Positions 19,053 through 29,239 are shown, counted from the stretch's first letter. The stretch is DNA of 64,000 bases from an uncultured delta proteobacterium (GCA_963793115.1 CAWBYV010000020.1:2934-66933); one strand, 5' to 3'. Program-made: numbers and translations. The notes: generated by a model not told the origin, from the letters alone.

Positions 19053-20972
19053 TCATTCAGCGCGGCGAGCGTTCGCGCGGAATCGGCTCTCCGCTTCGGG
19101 AGTCCAGCATTTGCACGTCCCGCCATAGTGATACTCTCCGGCGTCCGCGACATAGTAGCTGGATGGGCGCCAGCGCCCGTCGCTGTCCAGCCTCGGTGCG
19201 ACGATCTCGACGGCCGATTTCTTGTTCTGAAAAGCGGTCCTGTATTCGATAACAACGTACTTCCCGGGGAATTCCATCGGCGGATTCGTGTCGCAGACAA
19301 CGGACACGACCTGCCGGGAAGTGACCGGCCCGAGCAATCTGCGGAGATTTCCAATCCCTTGCTCCCAGCTTTCCTGGCTGAAGCGGTGCTTGGCGACGGG
19401 GTTGAGCTGGCTCCAGGCCTCGCGGTTCGCCCCCTCGTCAACGAGCGTGAGCCAGGAGTTCGCCGCTTTGGTTGCCTGCTCGGCGGCGGCCGCTTCCGCA
19501 TGATGGTACGTGACCGGGATGCAAATCAGCGCGAGAGCGAAGACGGAAAGAACCGCGATCGCCGGAAGGTCGCCGGAAGGACGCAGGAGCCGCCGGCTCT
19601 GCGCGCCTATCCAGGCAGGCATGTAGCGCCAGGCAGACACCATCACCACGTAGAGGACCAGCGGATAGGTGGGCGAGTAGTAGCGATCGTTCTCGCCGAA
19701 CTCGATCATCGCCTGAACGATCGAAGCCGCAAGCACGATCGCAATCACGCAGAGATCGAACGCAGGCGGCCGCCGGCCGCGAACGAACTCCAGCATCGAC
19801 AGCGCGGCAAAGATCAGGAACAGCAGATTGACCGCGAGCAGCAGATGCTGCTCGACGTGCCACATCGTCCATATCCAGCTCGCGAGCGCGCCACCCCGAA
19901 AGTTATAAGGGCGCTGCGCGGGAACGCCTGTCCAAAACAATAGCCAGGCCCGTCCCACATCGCGGGCATACAGGAGCGGATGGCTGGCGAACAACCCGAG
20001 CGACATCCGGGTAAGCTCGCGCGTCAACTGCAGGCTGGTGTATCCGCTGGGAGCGTTCCAGAAAAAGATGGTGTCGGCGTGCGAGCCGGTGCGCGCAACC
20101 TGCACCGCGCGGGCTTCGAGGTAGGCGTCGCGAATCGCCGCGTACCGGGCTGGCGCCAACTCGACGAAGGCTCCGCTGTGATTGGTCAGGCTGAATCCGA
20201 TCTGCGTCGTGAGGCCGAAGTAGCCCAGCGTCAACTGGTTGAACACGCACCAGCCGACGAAGAGCGCGGCCGGGGGCGCCGCGAAAATCGCCAATCTTCG
20301 CCCCCGCTCAGCGCGACCGGCGGCGGATCGGCCGAGCACCGCCAGCAAGCCGAAATAGAGCGGCGCGAGAAACGCGTACATCACGCGGGTAAATCCGGTC
20401 AGCGCCACGATTGCGCCAAGCAACGCATGATCGCCGGCGCCGAACCGCTCCGCGAATAACATTCGGGCGAATACCAATACGGACAGCATCAGGAGAAAGG
20501 TGCAGAGGGTTTCCGACAAAATGGTGGATTCGTAAACAAGCGGGCGAAGGCTGAGCCCATAGGCGAGCCCGGCGGCGAGGGCCAGCGCAGGACTGCGCGT
20601 GCTGCGGTAGACGATCCTCAGCAGCATCGCGGCGACGGCGATGCCCAACAGAGACTGGACGAACCTGATGGCGTTCCAGTTCAATCCGCCGGCCAGAAGA
20701 AGGATCGAATAAACGGGGGTCCGCCAGCCAGTGTAGTCGGCGAAGTCGAGCCATCCGATGTCTCGCGCCAACGCCTGGTAACTGGTGGTGTCGGGATATC
20801 CGAGCGGCACGGAGTTGAGCCCCAGCACGAGCCTGACGATCGCCGCGGTCATGACCATCGCGATCAGCGCCCTGGAAATCGAATCGGCGCCGACAACCCG
20901 CGCTGTGCGCGCCGCGCTTGCCGCTTCACCGCGTCGCCCGCGGTGAGCCCGTATGTCCGCTGCGCGCCGCAC
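19053..20972 (-). CDS. GT-C-type membrane protein with C-terminal DUF4019 domain
   Basis: PDTTSYQ, RTPVYS, ILSETL, RYYSP in the TM region; C-terminus WLTLVDEG..AW..R..LGPVTSR..GKYVVIEYRTAF..DGRWR. Confidence 0.8.
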   Translation of the reverse strand: MRRAADIRAHRGRRGEAASAARTARVVGADSISRALIAMVMTAAIVRLVLGLNSVPLGYPDTTSYQALARDIGWLDFADYTGWRTPVYSILLLAGGLNWNAIRFVQSLLGIAVAAMLLRIVYRSTRSPALALAAGLAYGLSLRPLVYESTILSETLCTFLLMLSVLVFARMLFAERFGAGDHALLGAIVALTGFTRVMYAFLAPLYFGLLAVLGRSAAGRAERGRRLAIFAAPPAALFVGWCVFNQLTLGYFGLTTQIGFSLTNHSGAFVELAPARYAAIRDAYLEARAVQVARTGSHADTIFFWNAPSGYTSLQLTRELTRMSLGLFASHPLLYARDVGRAWLLFWTGVPAQRPYNFRGGALASWIWTMWHVEQHLLLAVNLLFLIFAALSMLEFVRGRRPPAFDLCVIAIVLAASIVQAMIEFGENDRYYSPTYPLVLYVVMVSAWRYMPAWIGAQSRRLLRPSGDLPAIAVLSVFALALICIPVTYHHAEAAAAEQATKAANSWLTLVDEGANREAWSQLNPVAKHRFSQESWEQGIGNLRRLLGPVTSRQVVSVVCDTNPPMEFPGKYVVIEYRTAFQNKKSAVEIVAPRLDSDGRWRPSSYYVADAGEYHYGGTCKCWTPEAESRFRANARRAE

Positions 20973-20975
20973 CGG

Positions 20976-21296
20976 TCAGCGATTCGAAACGCCGCGGTGG
21001 ATTTGGGTCATCAGCGCCTGCGCGTCACCGTCGTTCAGCGCCTCATCCGGCACGATGCGGCATTGCTCGGGTGCCTGGGAGTCGCGGCCCATCGAGCGCA
21101 GCACCTGCGCGGCAAGAACGCTAACCGAGGGATCGTTCGGCGCGAGGCGAAGAGCGTGGCGCAGCGCGGCCAACAAATCATCGAAGCGCTTCTGGGCGGC
21201 CAGCGCGATTGCGAAGATCCCCAGAGCCACGTAAGAGGCGATCCACGGCGACAGTCGCCGCGCACTTGAAAGCTTGCTCATCGCCGCAGGGCGCAT
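20976..21296 (-). pseudogene. Isolated C-terminal TPR segment of a TMTC-like gene
   Basis: LGIFAIALAAQKRFDD..ALRLAPNDP..AAQVLRSMGRDSQAPEQCR matches the tails of 16717.. and 25865.. proteins. Confidence 0.55.
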
Positions 21297-21379
21297 TGAT
21301 TACCGCATCGCCTTTCGCAATGCTACTGCCTCGGCGCGCAAAGCAGCCCGTCCGCGGCCACGCGTCCGCATTTGAAGAG

Positions 21380-22432
21380 CTAGTCACTCGCTCCCGCGAT
21401 TTTCCGGTTGCCGGTGCCCAACGCCTGGGCGATCATCGAATCGAAGTCCGATTCAGGCCGCACGCCGAAGAGTATGCGGCCGTTGATATAGAACGTCGGC
21501 GTTCCTTCAATCCTCAGGTTGCGGCCCTCGCCAACGTTGCGGGCCAGATCGTCTCCGTACTTGCTCCGATCGAAGCAGGAGTTGAACCTGGTCATGTCGA
21601 GCTTGAGCCTGGCGGCGGTGGCCTTCAGATCGGCGGGCGCCAGTTTGGATTGATCCGCGAACAGCGCGTCGTGAAATTCCCAGAACTTGCCCTGGTCTCC
21701 CGCACACCGCGCGGCCATCGCGGCCTGAAACGCGTGCTTATGCTCGTACTGCGTGAAATCGAAGTACACCAGCCGGACCTTGCTGCCGTATTTCACCCGA
21801 ACCTGCTTCAGGGTGGTCTCCGCCTTGCGGGTGAAGGGACATTCGAAATCCCCGAATTCGACGATCGTCACGGGAGCATTCTTGGGCCCAAGCGAATAAT
21901 GGCCGTTGGTCGGAATGTTGAACAGGGGCGACTTCAGATGGTTTGTTATCGCAATCTCGGTGCTCAGGCTGGCCAGCAATTGCTGGAGTATCGCGCCCTT
22001 CTCCTGGTTCTTCAGTAACGCGATGATGCCCGGTTTCTCCTGTTCGTAGGGGCGGGGGAGCTGTCTCCGCATGACCTCGTATTCCCGACGGACCTGGTTT
22101 TCAGGCGGCTCCTTGACCTTGGCGTCGACTTCCCGCGCGGTGTAGGCGTCGAGGCTGAGGTGCTCTTTCTCGGCGGCCTGCTGCAGCAGTTGATCGGCCG
22201 CGATCGCCTCGATGGCGTGCTCTCTGACTTCGTAAACTTGCGCGTTGAGGTTGTTGATCTCGTCGCGGTACTTTTGGTCCACTTCCGCTTCGGTGATCTT
22301 GTGCGTTCCGACTTTCGCCAACACGGCGTCCGGCGCCTCTGAATCTCCGGCGTAAGCCGCCAGGCCACCGACCATCAGCAGCGCCGCCGCCGACGCGAAA
22401 ATCGTGCCGGCTGTCTTGCGAATTGAAACCAT
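21380..22432 (-). CDS. DsbA-family thioredoxin-fold protein with SurA-N-like domain; CxxT active site
   Basis: Signal peptide; GPKNAPVTIVEFGDFECPFT, AARCAGDQGKFWEFHDALF, GTPTFYING. Confidence 0.9.
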   Translation of the reverse strand: MVSIRKTAGTIFASAAALLMVGGLAAYAGDSEAPDAVLAKVGTHKITEAEVDQKYRDEINNLNAQVYEVREHAIEAIAADQLLQQAAEKEHLSLDAYTAREVDAKVKEPPENQVRREYEVMRRQLPRPYEQEKPGIIALLKNQEKGAILQQLLASLSTEIAITNHLKSPLFNIPTNGHYSLGPKNAPVTIVEFGDFECPFTRKAETTLKQVRVKYGSKVRLVYFDFTQYEHKHAFQAAMAARCAGDQGKFWEFHDALFADQSKLAPADLKATAARLKLDMTRFNSCFDRSKYGDDLARNVGEGRNLRIEGTPTFYINGRILFGVRPESDFDSMIAQALGTGNRKIAGASD

Positions 22433-22655
22433 CCCGTCGAACTCCTGTCTCTGAAATCCCTACCGGTTTGACGCAATCACAACGACGCGAATTCTATCCA
22501 GACCGCCCTTGATATTGCCAGCGCTGTTTTTCCGGCCGGAGCCAGGAAATTCATCATACCGCGAAGCGCGAGAGCCAAGGAACATCCTCCGGGTGCCGAG
22601 CGCGATTTTGCCTGGAATCCGTGGGCTCCGGAGCGCCGCCGGCGCGAAACCCGGC

Positions 22656-23885
22656 TTAACGCGGCGATTCGGCGATAGGGTCCGGCGATCGGAAGATGCC
22701 GGCGTCGAGCATCCGCCCCAGATCGGCTGCGGTCTCGGGAAGATGATGGATCTGGGCAAATGAGGGCCATTCCCCGGCGCTGGCTTCGCCGCTCTCGGGC
22801 GACAACTTGTGAAGAACGTCAAACAAAGTGTCGGGCGGGATGCCGATGCGGGCCAAGTATTCGACCGCGATGCGGTTGGCGTCTACCTCTTCCCAGCGTG
22901 AGAAGCCGTATTCCGGCGTGGTCAGCACATCGGGGTACTTGGGCACCTCGGGGATAGACTTGGTAGATGCCGCCAGCCGGACTTGCTCGCCGACCCTGAG
23001 ATTATTCGGGTAATGCTGGTAGCGTTCGTGGCCCATCAAATGAGCCATCGCCGCCGCCAGTTGATCGTCATTGAGCTTCTCCACCAGGCTTGTAGTGATG
23101 AACAGCGTGCCGTCGGGCACGCCAAAGCCGCTCACGACGCTCGAATCGAAGAGCACCGCTTTCCACTCAAGGCCCGGCAGCGGGTTTGCCAGCTTGAGTC
23201 TGCTCAATGCCTTGTAGGCTCGGATGGCGTAGTCGGCGCGTCCCTCCCGCATCTCCGCGGCGAGGCTCTTTGCCAATGGAGCCCAATCCCGCCCGTCCAC
23301 CTGGCTTGGCGGCGGGGGGCCCAGCGTGGGCACTCCAAGAGCCTGGTACGCCGGAGGTGGAATGGTCACCGGCCATGGCGGGGCCATCGGGCCGGCCCCC
23401 AGCGCGATGCGGAATACCGAACGAGGCACCGCACTCATCCTGAAGACTCGGCCACTGTGGTAGCGAATGGCGGACGCATCGAAATCCAGCATTAGCGTTT
23501 GATAGACGAACGTGAGCGGAGGATTCGCGTAGTACATCGCGAACCATCTGCGCTCGATGGGGGCGAACGACCGGTTGATCTCGACAGCGTCGGGTAAGCC
23601 ATCGGTCTGGAGCGCCGCCTCTACGGTCGAATCGATAATCACCTCGTCGCGCAGCAACTGACCGCCTTGGGTGGTCGGCGCAGTCTCCTCGATCGCCGCC
23701 AGAGTCGGCGTCCGCGGGAACTCCGCGCGTACTACGGCGCGCGGCAAGGCGTGCGTGTTGTACAGCGTCCGGAGCCGGGCTTCGGATTGATAGAACGGGG
23801 CTTCGAACCAGAAGAAGTTCGGCTGAAACAACCCGCATCCGGTCAAGGCGCCGGCCGCGATGACTCCCCAGAGTAAACGAACCAC
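22656..23885 (-). CDS. Lipoprotein with M48-family peptidase-like C-terminal domain (degenerate HExxH)
   Basis: Lipobox LTGC; PDGTLFITTSLVEKLNDDQLAAAMAHLMGH, FSRWEEVDANRIAVEYL. Confidence 0.7.
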   Translation of the reverse strand: MVRLLWGVIAAGALTGCGLFQPNFFWFEAPFYQSEARLRTLYNTHALPRAVVRAEFPRTPTLAAIEETAPTTQGGQLLRDEVIIDSTVEAALQTDGLPDAVEINRSFAPIERRWFAMYYANPPLTFVYQTLMLDFDASAIRYHSGRVFRMSAVPRSVFRIALGAGPMAPPWPVTIPPPAYQALGVPTLGPPPPSQVDGRDWAPLAKSLAAEMREGRADYAIRAYKALSRLKLANPLPGLEWKAVLFDSSVVSGFGVPDGTLFITTSLVEKLNDDQLAAAMAHLMGHERYQHYPNNLRVGEQVRLAASTKSIPEVPKYPDVLTTPEYGFSRWEEVDANRIAVEYLARIGIPPDTLFDVLHKLSPESGEASAGEWPSFAQIHHLPETAADLGRMLDAGIFRSPDPIAESPR

Positions 23886-23890
23886 GTATT

Positions 23891-25570
23891 TTACGGCGGA
23901 TCGCCGTGATTTCTATACGGACGTATGTGCGTCGAGTCCTTGCGGACAAGCAAGGTGATCGACACGGCGGTCGCATCCGACCCGGCGGCATCGGCGATCG
24001 TATGGACTCGAATATAGTTCCGCTCCAGCAGGTAGGCCGGAACCACCTCCAGAATTACATCGGGCTTCAGCTCGCCTATTGAGTAGTCATAATCAGACTT
24101 GTTGTGACCCGGGAAGAACGAAATCCACTTGGCCCATCCTTGAGGCACTGCCGCGCCCTCCCGCGCGATCTTTCGGTCGTTCTTTCCAAACAGATCGATG
24201 GCGCGACGCTGAGCGAAGTAGGGCATAGCACCCGCCGCCCCGACCGCGATCGTGGCCTCGGCGTCCGTGGCTCGTCGGAGCAGGAGCCCCCCCCGCACCC
24301 AGCGTTCGTTGTCCGGAACTTGTATGGGCTGCTCCAGCAGCAGGAGTTCCTCGAAAGGGTATTGATACGTGATCGCTTCGCTTTCCACCCCAGGCCGGTT
24401 GCTTCGCCCGACAGCAACGTTGAGGTTAAGCAGCGCGATCATGGTGAAGCCCGCCAGAATTCCGCCTGAGCCAAGGCGTCGCGTGATGCTACTCTGGTCG
24501 GCAAGAGCCCTGAAGACGCGGCGTGCGCAGTAATCCAGCGCGCAAGCCAGCACAACGAAGAACAGCGCCACTGCGACGGACAAGTAGCGGTTGCTCCCGC
24601 CCCACCATTCCCACGCATCGCCGCCCACGTAGACGTTGTAGGCCAGCTGGCCCGCGAATATCAAGCCAAGCAGCGTCAGACGGCGATCGCGCCGCAGGAT
24701 GATCAAGGCGAGCGCCAGCACCGGCAGAAGCGGATTCATCTCGACCAGAAACTTGGCGGTCACCAGCGCGCCTCGAGTCATCCGCGGCAATAGAGGATAT
24801 CCTGTCAGCTTCAGGTAATAAGTATTCGGCAACAGGTCATTGAAGTAGTAAAGTCGAAAAAGCGTTTGTCCAATTACGGCAAGTACAAGTGGTATCGCGC
24901 CTATTAGTGCGTGGCGCGCCCGTCGGGGTGCATCGACGACCGCCAGAAAGGCCAGGATCAAAACCGCCGGAACGACCATGTCGGGTCTGATCAGGGTAGC
25001 GAGACCCAGCAGAAGGTAAAGCGGCCCCGACCAGCGACCCGTATCCAGATAGCGCACCGCCATCCAGGCTTGGGCGCTCATAACCAGCGCCAACAGGCTT
25101 ACCTCGGTTCCCTGTAGACCCCAGTTGTTCAGGGGCAGGTAGAAGGCCGTCAGGCCGCTCGCGCAAAGCGCCGCGCCGCGAGACCCGCCGGATAGCGAGT
25201 GCGCCAGACTCCAGACCAGCACGAGGTTTGCCATCAGCAGAAGCATCCCGCTGATCTGCACGAGCAGACAGATTTTCGACCGCGGCACCGGGATCCGATG
25301 CAGCATCGCCATGTAACAGACCCAAAGCGGATTGGTAAATCCTTCTACCGGCTTTTCGCCCGGGTTCCAGACCAGCCCCCGATGATGGGCCAGGTTGTCT
25401 GCGTATCGCATCGAGATCATGGCGTCGTCGAAGAGACAGAAATACCTTTCGCCATCGATCACGAAACTTGTGCGATAGATGAACAGAGCAGCGTAGGCGG
25501 AGAACAGCAGCAGGAGCAGTATAAGATAGCGATCGAGCAGGGAAGATTTACTCTCAGCCGAAGGCATCAT
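23891..25570 (-). CDS. GT-C membrane glycosyltransferase (arabinofuranosyltransferase-like family)
   Basis: FDDAMISMRYAxNL..GLVWNPGE..VEGFTNPLW, GTE, RPD, PNTYYLK, GGD, AGAMPYF, PGHNK. Confidence 0.85.
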   Translation of the reverse strand: MMPSAESKSSLLDRYLILLLLLFSAYAALFIYRTSFVIDGERYFCLFDDAMISMRYADNLAHHRGLVWNPGEKPVEGFTNPLWVCYMAMLHRIPVPRSKICLLVQISGMLLLMANLVLVWSLAHSLSGGSRGAALCASGLTAFYLPLNNWGLQGTEVSLLALVMSAQAWMAVRYLDTGRWSGPLYLLLGLATLIRPDMVVPAVLILAFLAVVDAPRRARHALIGAIPLVLAVIGQTLFRLYYFNDLLPNTYYLKLTGYPLLPRMTRGALVTAKFLVEMNPLLPVLALALIILRRDRRLTLLGLIFAGQLAYNVYVGGDAWEWWGGSNRYLSVAVALFFVVLACALDYCARRVFRALADQSSITRRLGSGGILAGFTMIALLNLNVAVGRSNRPGVESEAITYQYPFEELLLLEQPIQVPDNERWVRGGLLLRRATDAEATIAVGAAGAMPYFAQRRAIDLFGKNDRKIAREGAAVPQGWAKWISFFPGHNKSDYDYSIGELKPDVILEVVPAYLLERNYIRVHTIADAAGSDATAVSITLLVRKDSTHIRPYRNHGDPP

Positions 25571-25864
25571 TTTCCTTTTGCCGGACGGCTACTTGGCGGG
25601 TTTAGACCAAGTGGCCTCTCATTTCAACGACGCGACGGGGTGTTCAGGCCACGGCGTTCGTTTGTTTGCCTGATTCTCATGTAGTGGTCTCGAAATTCGG
25701 TGCGGCCATGTCGTCGCCTCTCTTCGGTTTTAGCGGAGTGCGGAGTCGGGAGCACGCGAGCGATCTCATCCTTTCAGTTTACTTTGCTTATCCGTGCGAT
25801 GCGCTTGCAAGCTGCCGCGGTCCCGCAATGCCACTGGGAGTCCACAGCGCGGAGCCCGGGGGCG

Positions 25865-27913
25865 CTAATGTCCTGCCGATGAGCGCGTGATGTCGTTCAT
25901 GAGACTCGCGGCGCCGGCGTGATTCGGGTCGATCGCCAGCGCCTTGTGGCAGTCGTCGAGCGCCTCGCGATTGCGTCCTTTGGCGTGAAGCAGCCGGGCG
26001 GCGTAAAAGTAGGGTCTCGGGTCTTGCGGCGCGAGGCCGATGCTGCGTTGGTAGGCCGCCAGCGCCTCGTCGTCGCGGTTCTCATCGGTCAGAAGAAGAC
26101 CGAGCATCGTCCATACGCGTTCGTCATTGGGATAATGGCCGGTAAGATCGCGCAAGGCCTTTTCCGCGCCGTTGGTGTCGCCGTGCCTCATCTCTATCCG
26201 CGCCCGCATGATCGCGACCTCCTCGGCACCGTCAGGCAGGGACTCAGTGCTCTTAAGGATCTGCTCGCTGCGTTGCTCGTCGCCGTCGAGGTCGTAGAGT
26301 TCCGCGAGCTTGGTGTAGGAGGTTGCCGGAGAGGCGGGCTCCAGTTGGAGACCGAGGCTCAATTCGAGTTCGGCCTCCCGGTAGCGGCCGAGCTGCGCGT
26401 ACAGCAGGCCGAGAGTCTGAAGTTCCCGACCGCCCCCGCGGCGGTGGAAGTCGCGGGTCAGGCTTCGCCACTGTTCGACCTCGCGCGCGGCCCCGGCGAT
26501 ATCGTGTCGCTGCAGCAAAACGGCGCCCAAACCGGCATGCCAGACGGCCGCTCCGGGAAATTCCTCGACAGCGATCCGGCAGAGCGTGTAATCGTCATGC
26601 CAGTAGTGCTGCGCGTTCCAGAGCGCCGCACCGTATGCGACGAGCACCGCGGCGGTACCCGCCCACACGGCTTGCCGATGCGGATTGCGTCGCGCGAAGC
26701 CGGCCAGCGCGGTCGCGACCATCAGGCACCATCCCACTGACGGCAGATAGAGGTAGCGATCCTGCACGATCATGTCGGAACTAAAGGAGGGGAGATTCAC
26801 CGCGGGGGCGATCGAAATCGCCATCCAGGCGGCGCAGAACAGATAAAGCTCGCGGCGCGACGAATTCCGGATCGCCAGCCCGAAAATTCCAGCGGCGACG
26901 ACTACCATCGCAGTCGCCATCAAGAAGTCCGGCGCGGCGAGGCCTGCCGGAGGAAGCAGCCGATGCGCCGGACCGGCCGCCCATGGAACCATCAGCAGCC
27001 GCAGGTAGATCGCGAGCGCTCCGGGCATGCTCATCAGAGCCTGCCCGTAAGTCAGGTGATCGCCGACCATCGGGCGGCTGATGAATCCGAGCACGAGAAA
27101 TCTTACGGCGAGATAGACGAGCAATTCTGCTGCGAAGGGCGCCGCGCTCACGGCCGCGGCGGTCGCCCGCATCCGCGCGCGCAGAATCGTTGACGGGTTC
27201 GTTGACCGGTCTGCCGTCGCGCGATCGGGCCGCTCGAAGATCAACCCATAAAGAGCGACCAGCACCGGAAGCATGACCGCGCTCTCGTGCGTGAGCAGGG
27301 CGCCCGCGTACAACAACATCGCGAGCGCCCAATTGCGATACGGGGCTTGCGCGCGCCCGATAAACAGAAGCAGGGCCGCGAGCTCAAACGCGGCGGCGAG
27401 CGGGAGCGGAATCGCGGAAGCCCACACCACCGCCTCGGCATGACACGGAAGCACCGCGAACAATGCCGCCGCGAGCAGCGCGGCCTGCCGGTCTCCAGTG
27501 AGATGCGACGCGAGCCTGAATACGAGCCAGACCACCACCAGATGCAGCGCCACCATCGTCGCGTGCCATCCTGCCGGGTTCAGGCCGAACAGATGGAAAT
27601 GCAGGCCCAGCCACGTATCTTGCAGCGGCCGGTAGTACGAGCTCGCCGGCAAATGAAGCGGATCCAAATACCACCACGAATCGTGCGAGAACGAGATCCG
27701 GAAAAGGGACCACGACCCGATGTAGGCGTTCTTCACGATCATCATGTTGTCGTCGAAGACGAATCCGTTGCCGAGGCATCTCAGGTAGAGCAGCAGCGTG
27801 ACGAGCAACACGCCACCCACCATCAGAGACTCGCGGCCGACCCGAGACGCGGCGCGCCGCTCGCGGCCGGCTTCGTCTTCGCGCTGCCCTTGTTGCTGTA
27901 CCCGAGTTGCCAT
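25865..27913 (-). CDS. TMTC-like protein O-mannosyltransferase (GT-C plus TPR repeats), intact
   Basis: FVFDD..I..N, YYRPL, HAEAVVW, HESAV, QDRYLYLPSVG, W..D..L, multiple TPRs. Confidence 0.85.
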   Translation of the reverse strand: MATRVQQQGQREDEAGRERRAASRVGRESLMVGGVLLVTLLLYLRCLGNGFVFDDNMMIVKNAYIGSWSLFRISFSHDSWWYLDPLHLPASSYYRPLQDTWLGLHFHLFGLNPAGWHATMVALHLVVVWLVFRLASHLTGDRQAALLAAALFAVLPCHAEAVVWASAIPLPLAAAFELAALLLFIGRAQAPYRNWALAMLLYAGALLTHESAVMLPVLVALYGLIFERPDRATADRSTNPSTILRARMRATAAAVSAAPFAAELLVYLAVRFLVLGFISRPMVGDHLTYGQALMSMPGALAIYLRLLMVPWAAGPAHRLLPPAGLAAPDFLMATAMVVVAAGIFGLAIRNSSRRELYLFCAAWMAISIAPAVNLPSFSSDMIVQDRYLYLPSVGWCLMVATALAGFARRNPHRQAVWAGTAAVLVAYGAALWNAQHYWHDDYTLCRIAVEEFPGAAVWHAGLGAVLLQRHDIAGAAREVEQWRSLTRDFHRRGGGRELQTLGLLYAQLGRYREAELELSLGLQLEPASPATSYTKLAELYDLDGDEQRSEQILKSTESLPDGAEEVAIMRARIEMRHGDTNGAEKALRDLTGHYPNDERVWTMLGLLLTDENRDDEALAAYQRSIGLAPQDPRPYFYAARLLHAKGRNREALDDCHKALAIDPNHAGAASLMNDITRSSAGH

Positions 27914-29015
27914 TCGGTGCTATGGATGGCTTGGAGGCCGGGCGCCACGGAGGCTGACGTGCCGGGGCGTCGCTGTCGCACAGCAAGGATCGTAGCAGCG
28001 AGCAGATAGGTCAAGAGCGCCCCGGGCGAGATCCAGCGGCCGATCACCCCTTCCGGCGGCGCGTATTCCAGGCGCAACACATGATGGCCCGCAGCCATCG
28101 GTACCACCATCAGCATATAGTCAGTCGGCATGACTTGATACTCGCTCTGGATGCTGCCCGGCATGGAAACAGCTCGCCAGTAGCGGCTGTAGGCGTCGGT
28201 GATCAGCAGGAGCATCGGCCGCGGAAGGTCGGCCGCGATCATGAGCGAGTTCGAATCGGTGCTCAACAGGCGCACCGTTCCCGGCGGCGTGTCCGGCGCT
28301 GGCCGCGGTTCGGGGTCGGTCTCCAGAATCACTGTCCTTCGCGGATCGAGTGACGGAGCGTTCAGAGCGGCCAGAATCCGGTCGCGATCCTGAATCTGCT
28401 CCATCCGCTGACGAGCAGGAGGTGAGGCAGGCTTCCGGGCGTTTCGACCATGCCAAGCTTGTGGCCTTGAACCTGAAGCACAAAGGCCAGTCTCAGGAGA
28501 CGTAACAAACGACTCGCGTGGCCGAAAGTCAGCTTGATCGGTGAATCGGCCGGCTTGCCGCCTTGCGAGTAGATCGCGAACTGCTCGTACCGCTGCAGCA
28601 ACACGGGGTCGTAGCCCGAAATGTCGTTTGCCCCCATGGCCAGCGCACTATCCCAGATGCCGACCTGGAAGGGCCCAAAGGTCGTGGTGGAGAGGTTGAG
28701 GATTCGGTAGTCGCCTGGATGCGCGGCCAGAAACTGGCGCACCTCGGCCGGAACCGTCGCGGCGAGAGAAAAGCTGGTCACAAGCTGGCGCGATGAAATA
28801 AGAACCTCCGCAATGCCTAAAATCGCCAGAATGTAGGCTGCGCCAGGCCGGGAAGCGCGCAAAAGGAACAGCGCCGCAAGAACCAGGCATAGCCCGGCGC
28901 CAACCAGACATTGAGAGCCCGCGAAGCGCTGCGGCGCAGAGAGAAAACTGGAGTCGGTGAAATCGGGCACGACGACGAAACCCAATGGCGATTGCAGCCA
29001 CGCGCGCCAGATACT
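27823..29015 (-). pseudogene. YfhO-like membrane protein, C-terminal part only, frameshift about 28402
   Basis: YRILN, GYDP..LxRY, DPRRTVILE, LLITDAYSRYWRA, VPMAAGHHVLRLEY; N-terminus replaced by a gnd-zwf fragment. True stop may be nearer 27950. Confidence 0.75.
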
Positions 29016-29018
29016 GTT

Positions 29019-29174
29019 CTAGGGTTGTGCCAACAGCCGTGTGGCGACGCCGATTACCGCGGTCTTGAGGGTGCCTCGTTTCGCCATCGCATAGAGTGCC
29101 GGGAAGATCATCTTGTGGGCGAGATCGCCCGTCACACCGAAGAGCACCGGGGCATCCGAACGAGACACGGTCAT
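29019..29174 (-). pseudogene. zwf: Glucose-6-phosphate dehydrogenase N-terminal fragment
   Basis: MTVSRSDAPVLFGVTGDLAHKMIFPALYAM..VIGVA then stop after about 51 aa. Confidence 0.85.
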
Positions 29175-29239
29175 CAGGCGCCTCCCTTCTTGGCGGCGGC
29201 CTCTTCTTCGTGGCCTCCGAATTCGTAACGCAGGGCGGA
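29174..29239 (-). pseudogene. gnd: 6-phosphogluconate dehydrogenase C-terminal fragment
   Basis: SALRYEFGGHEEEAAAKKGGA-stop, TGATG-coupled to the zwf fragment. Confidence 0.75.
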
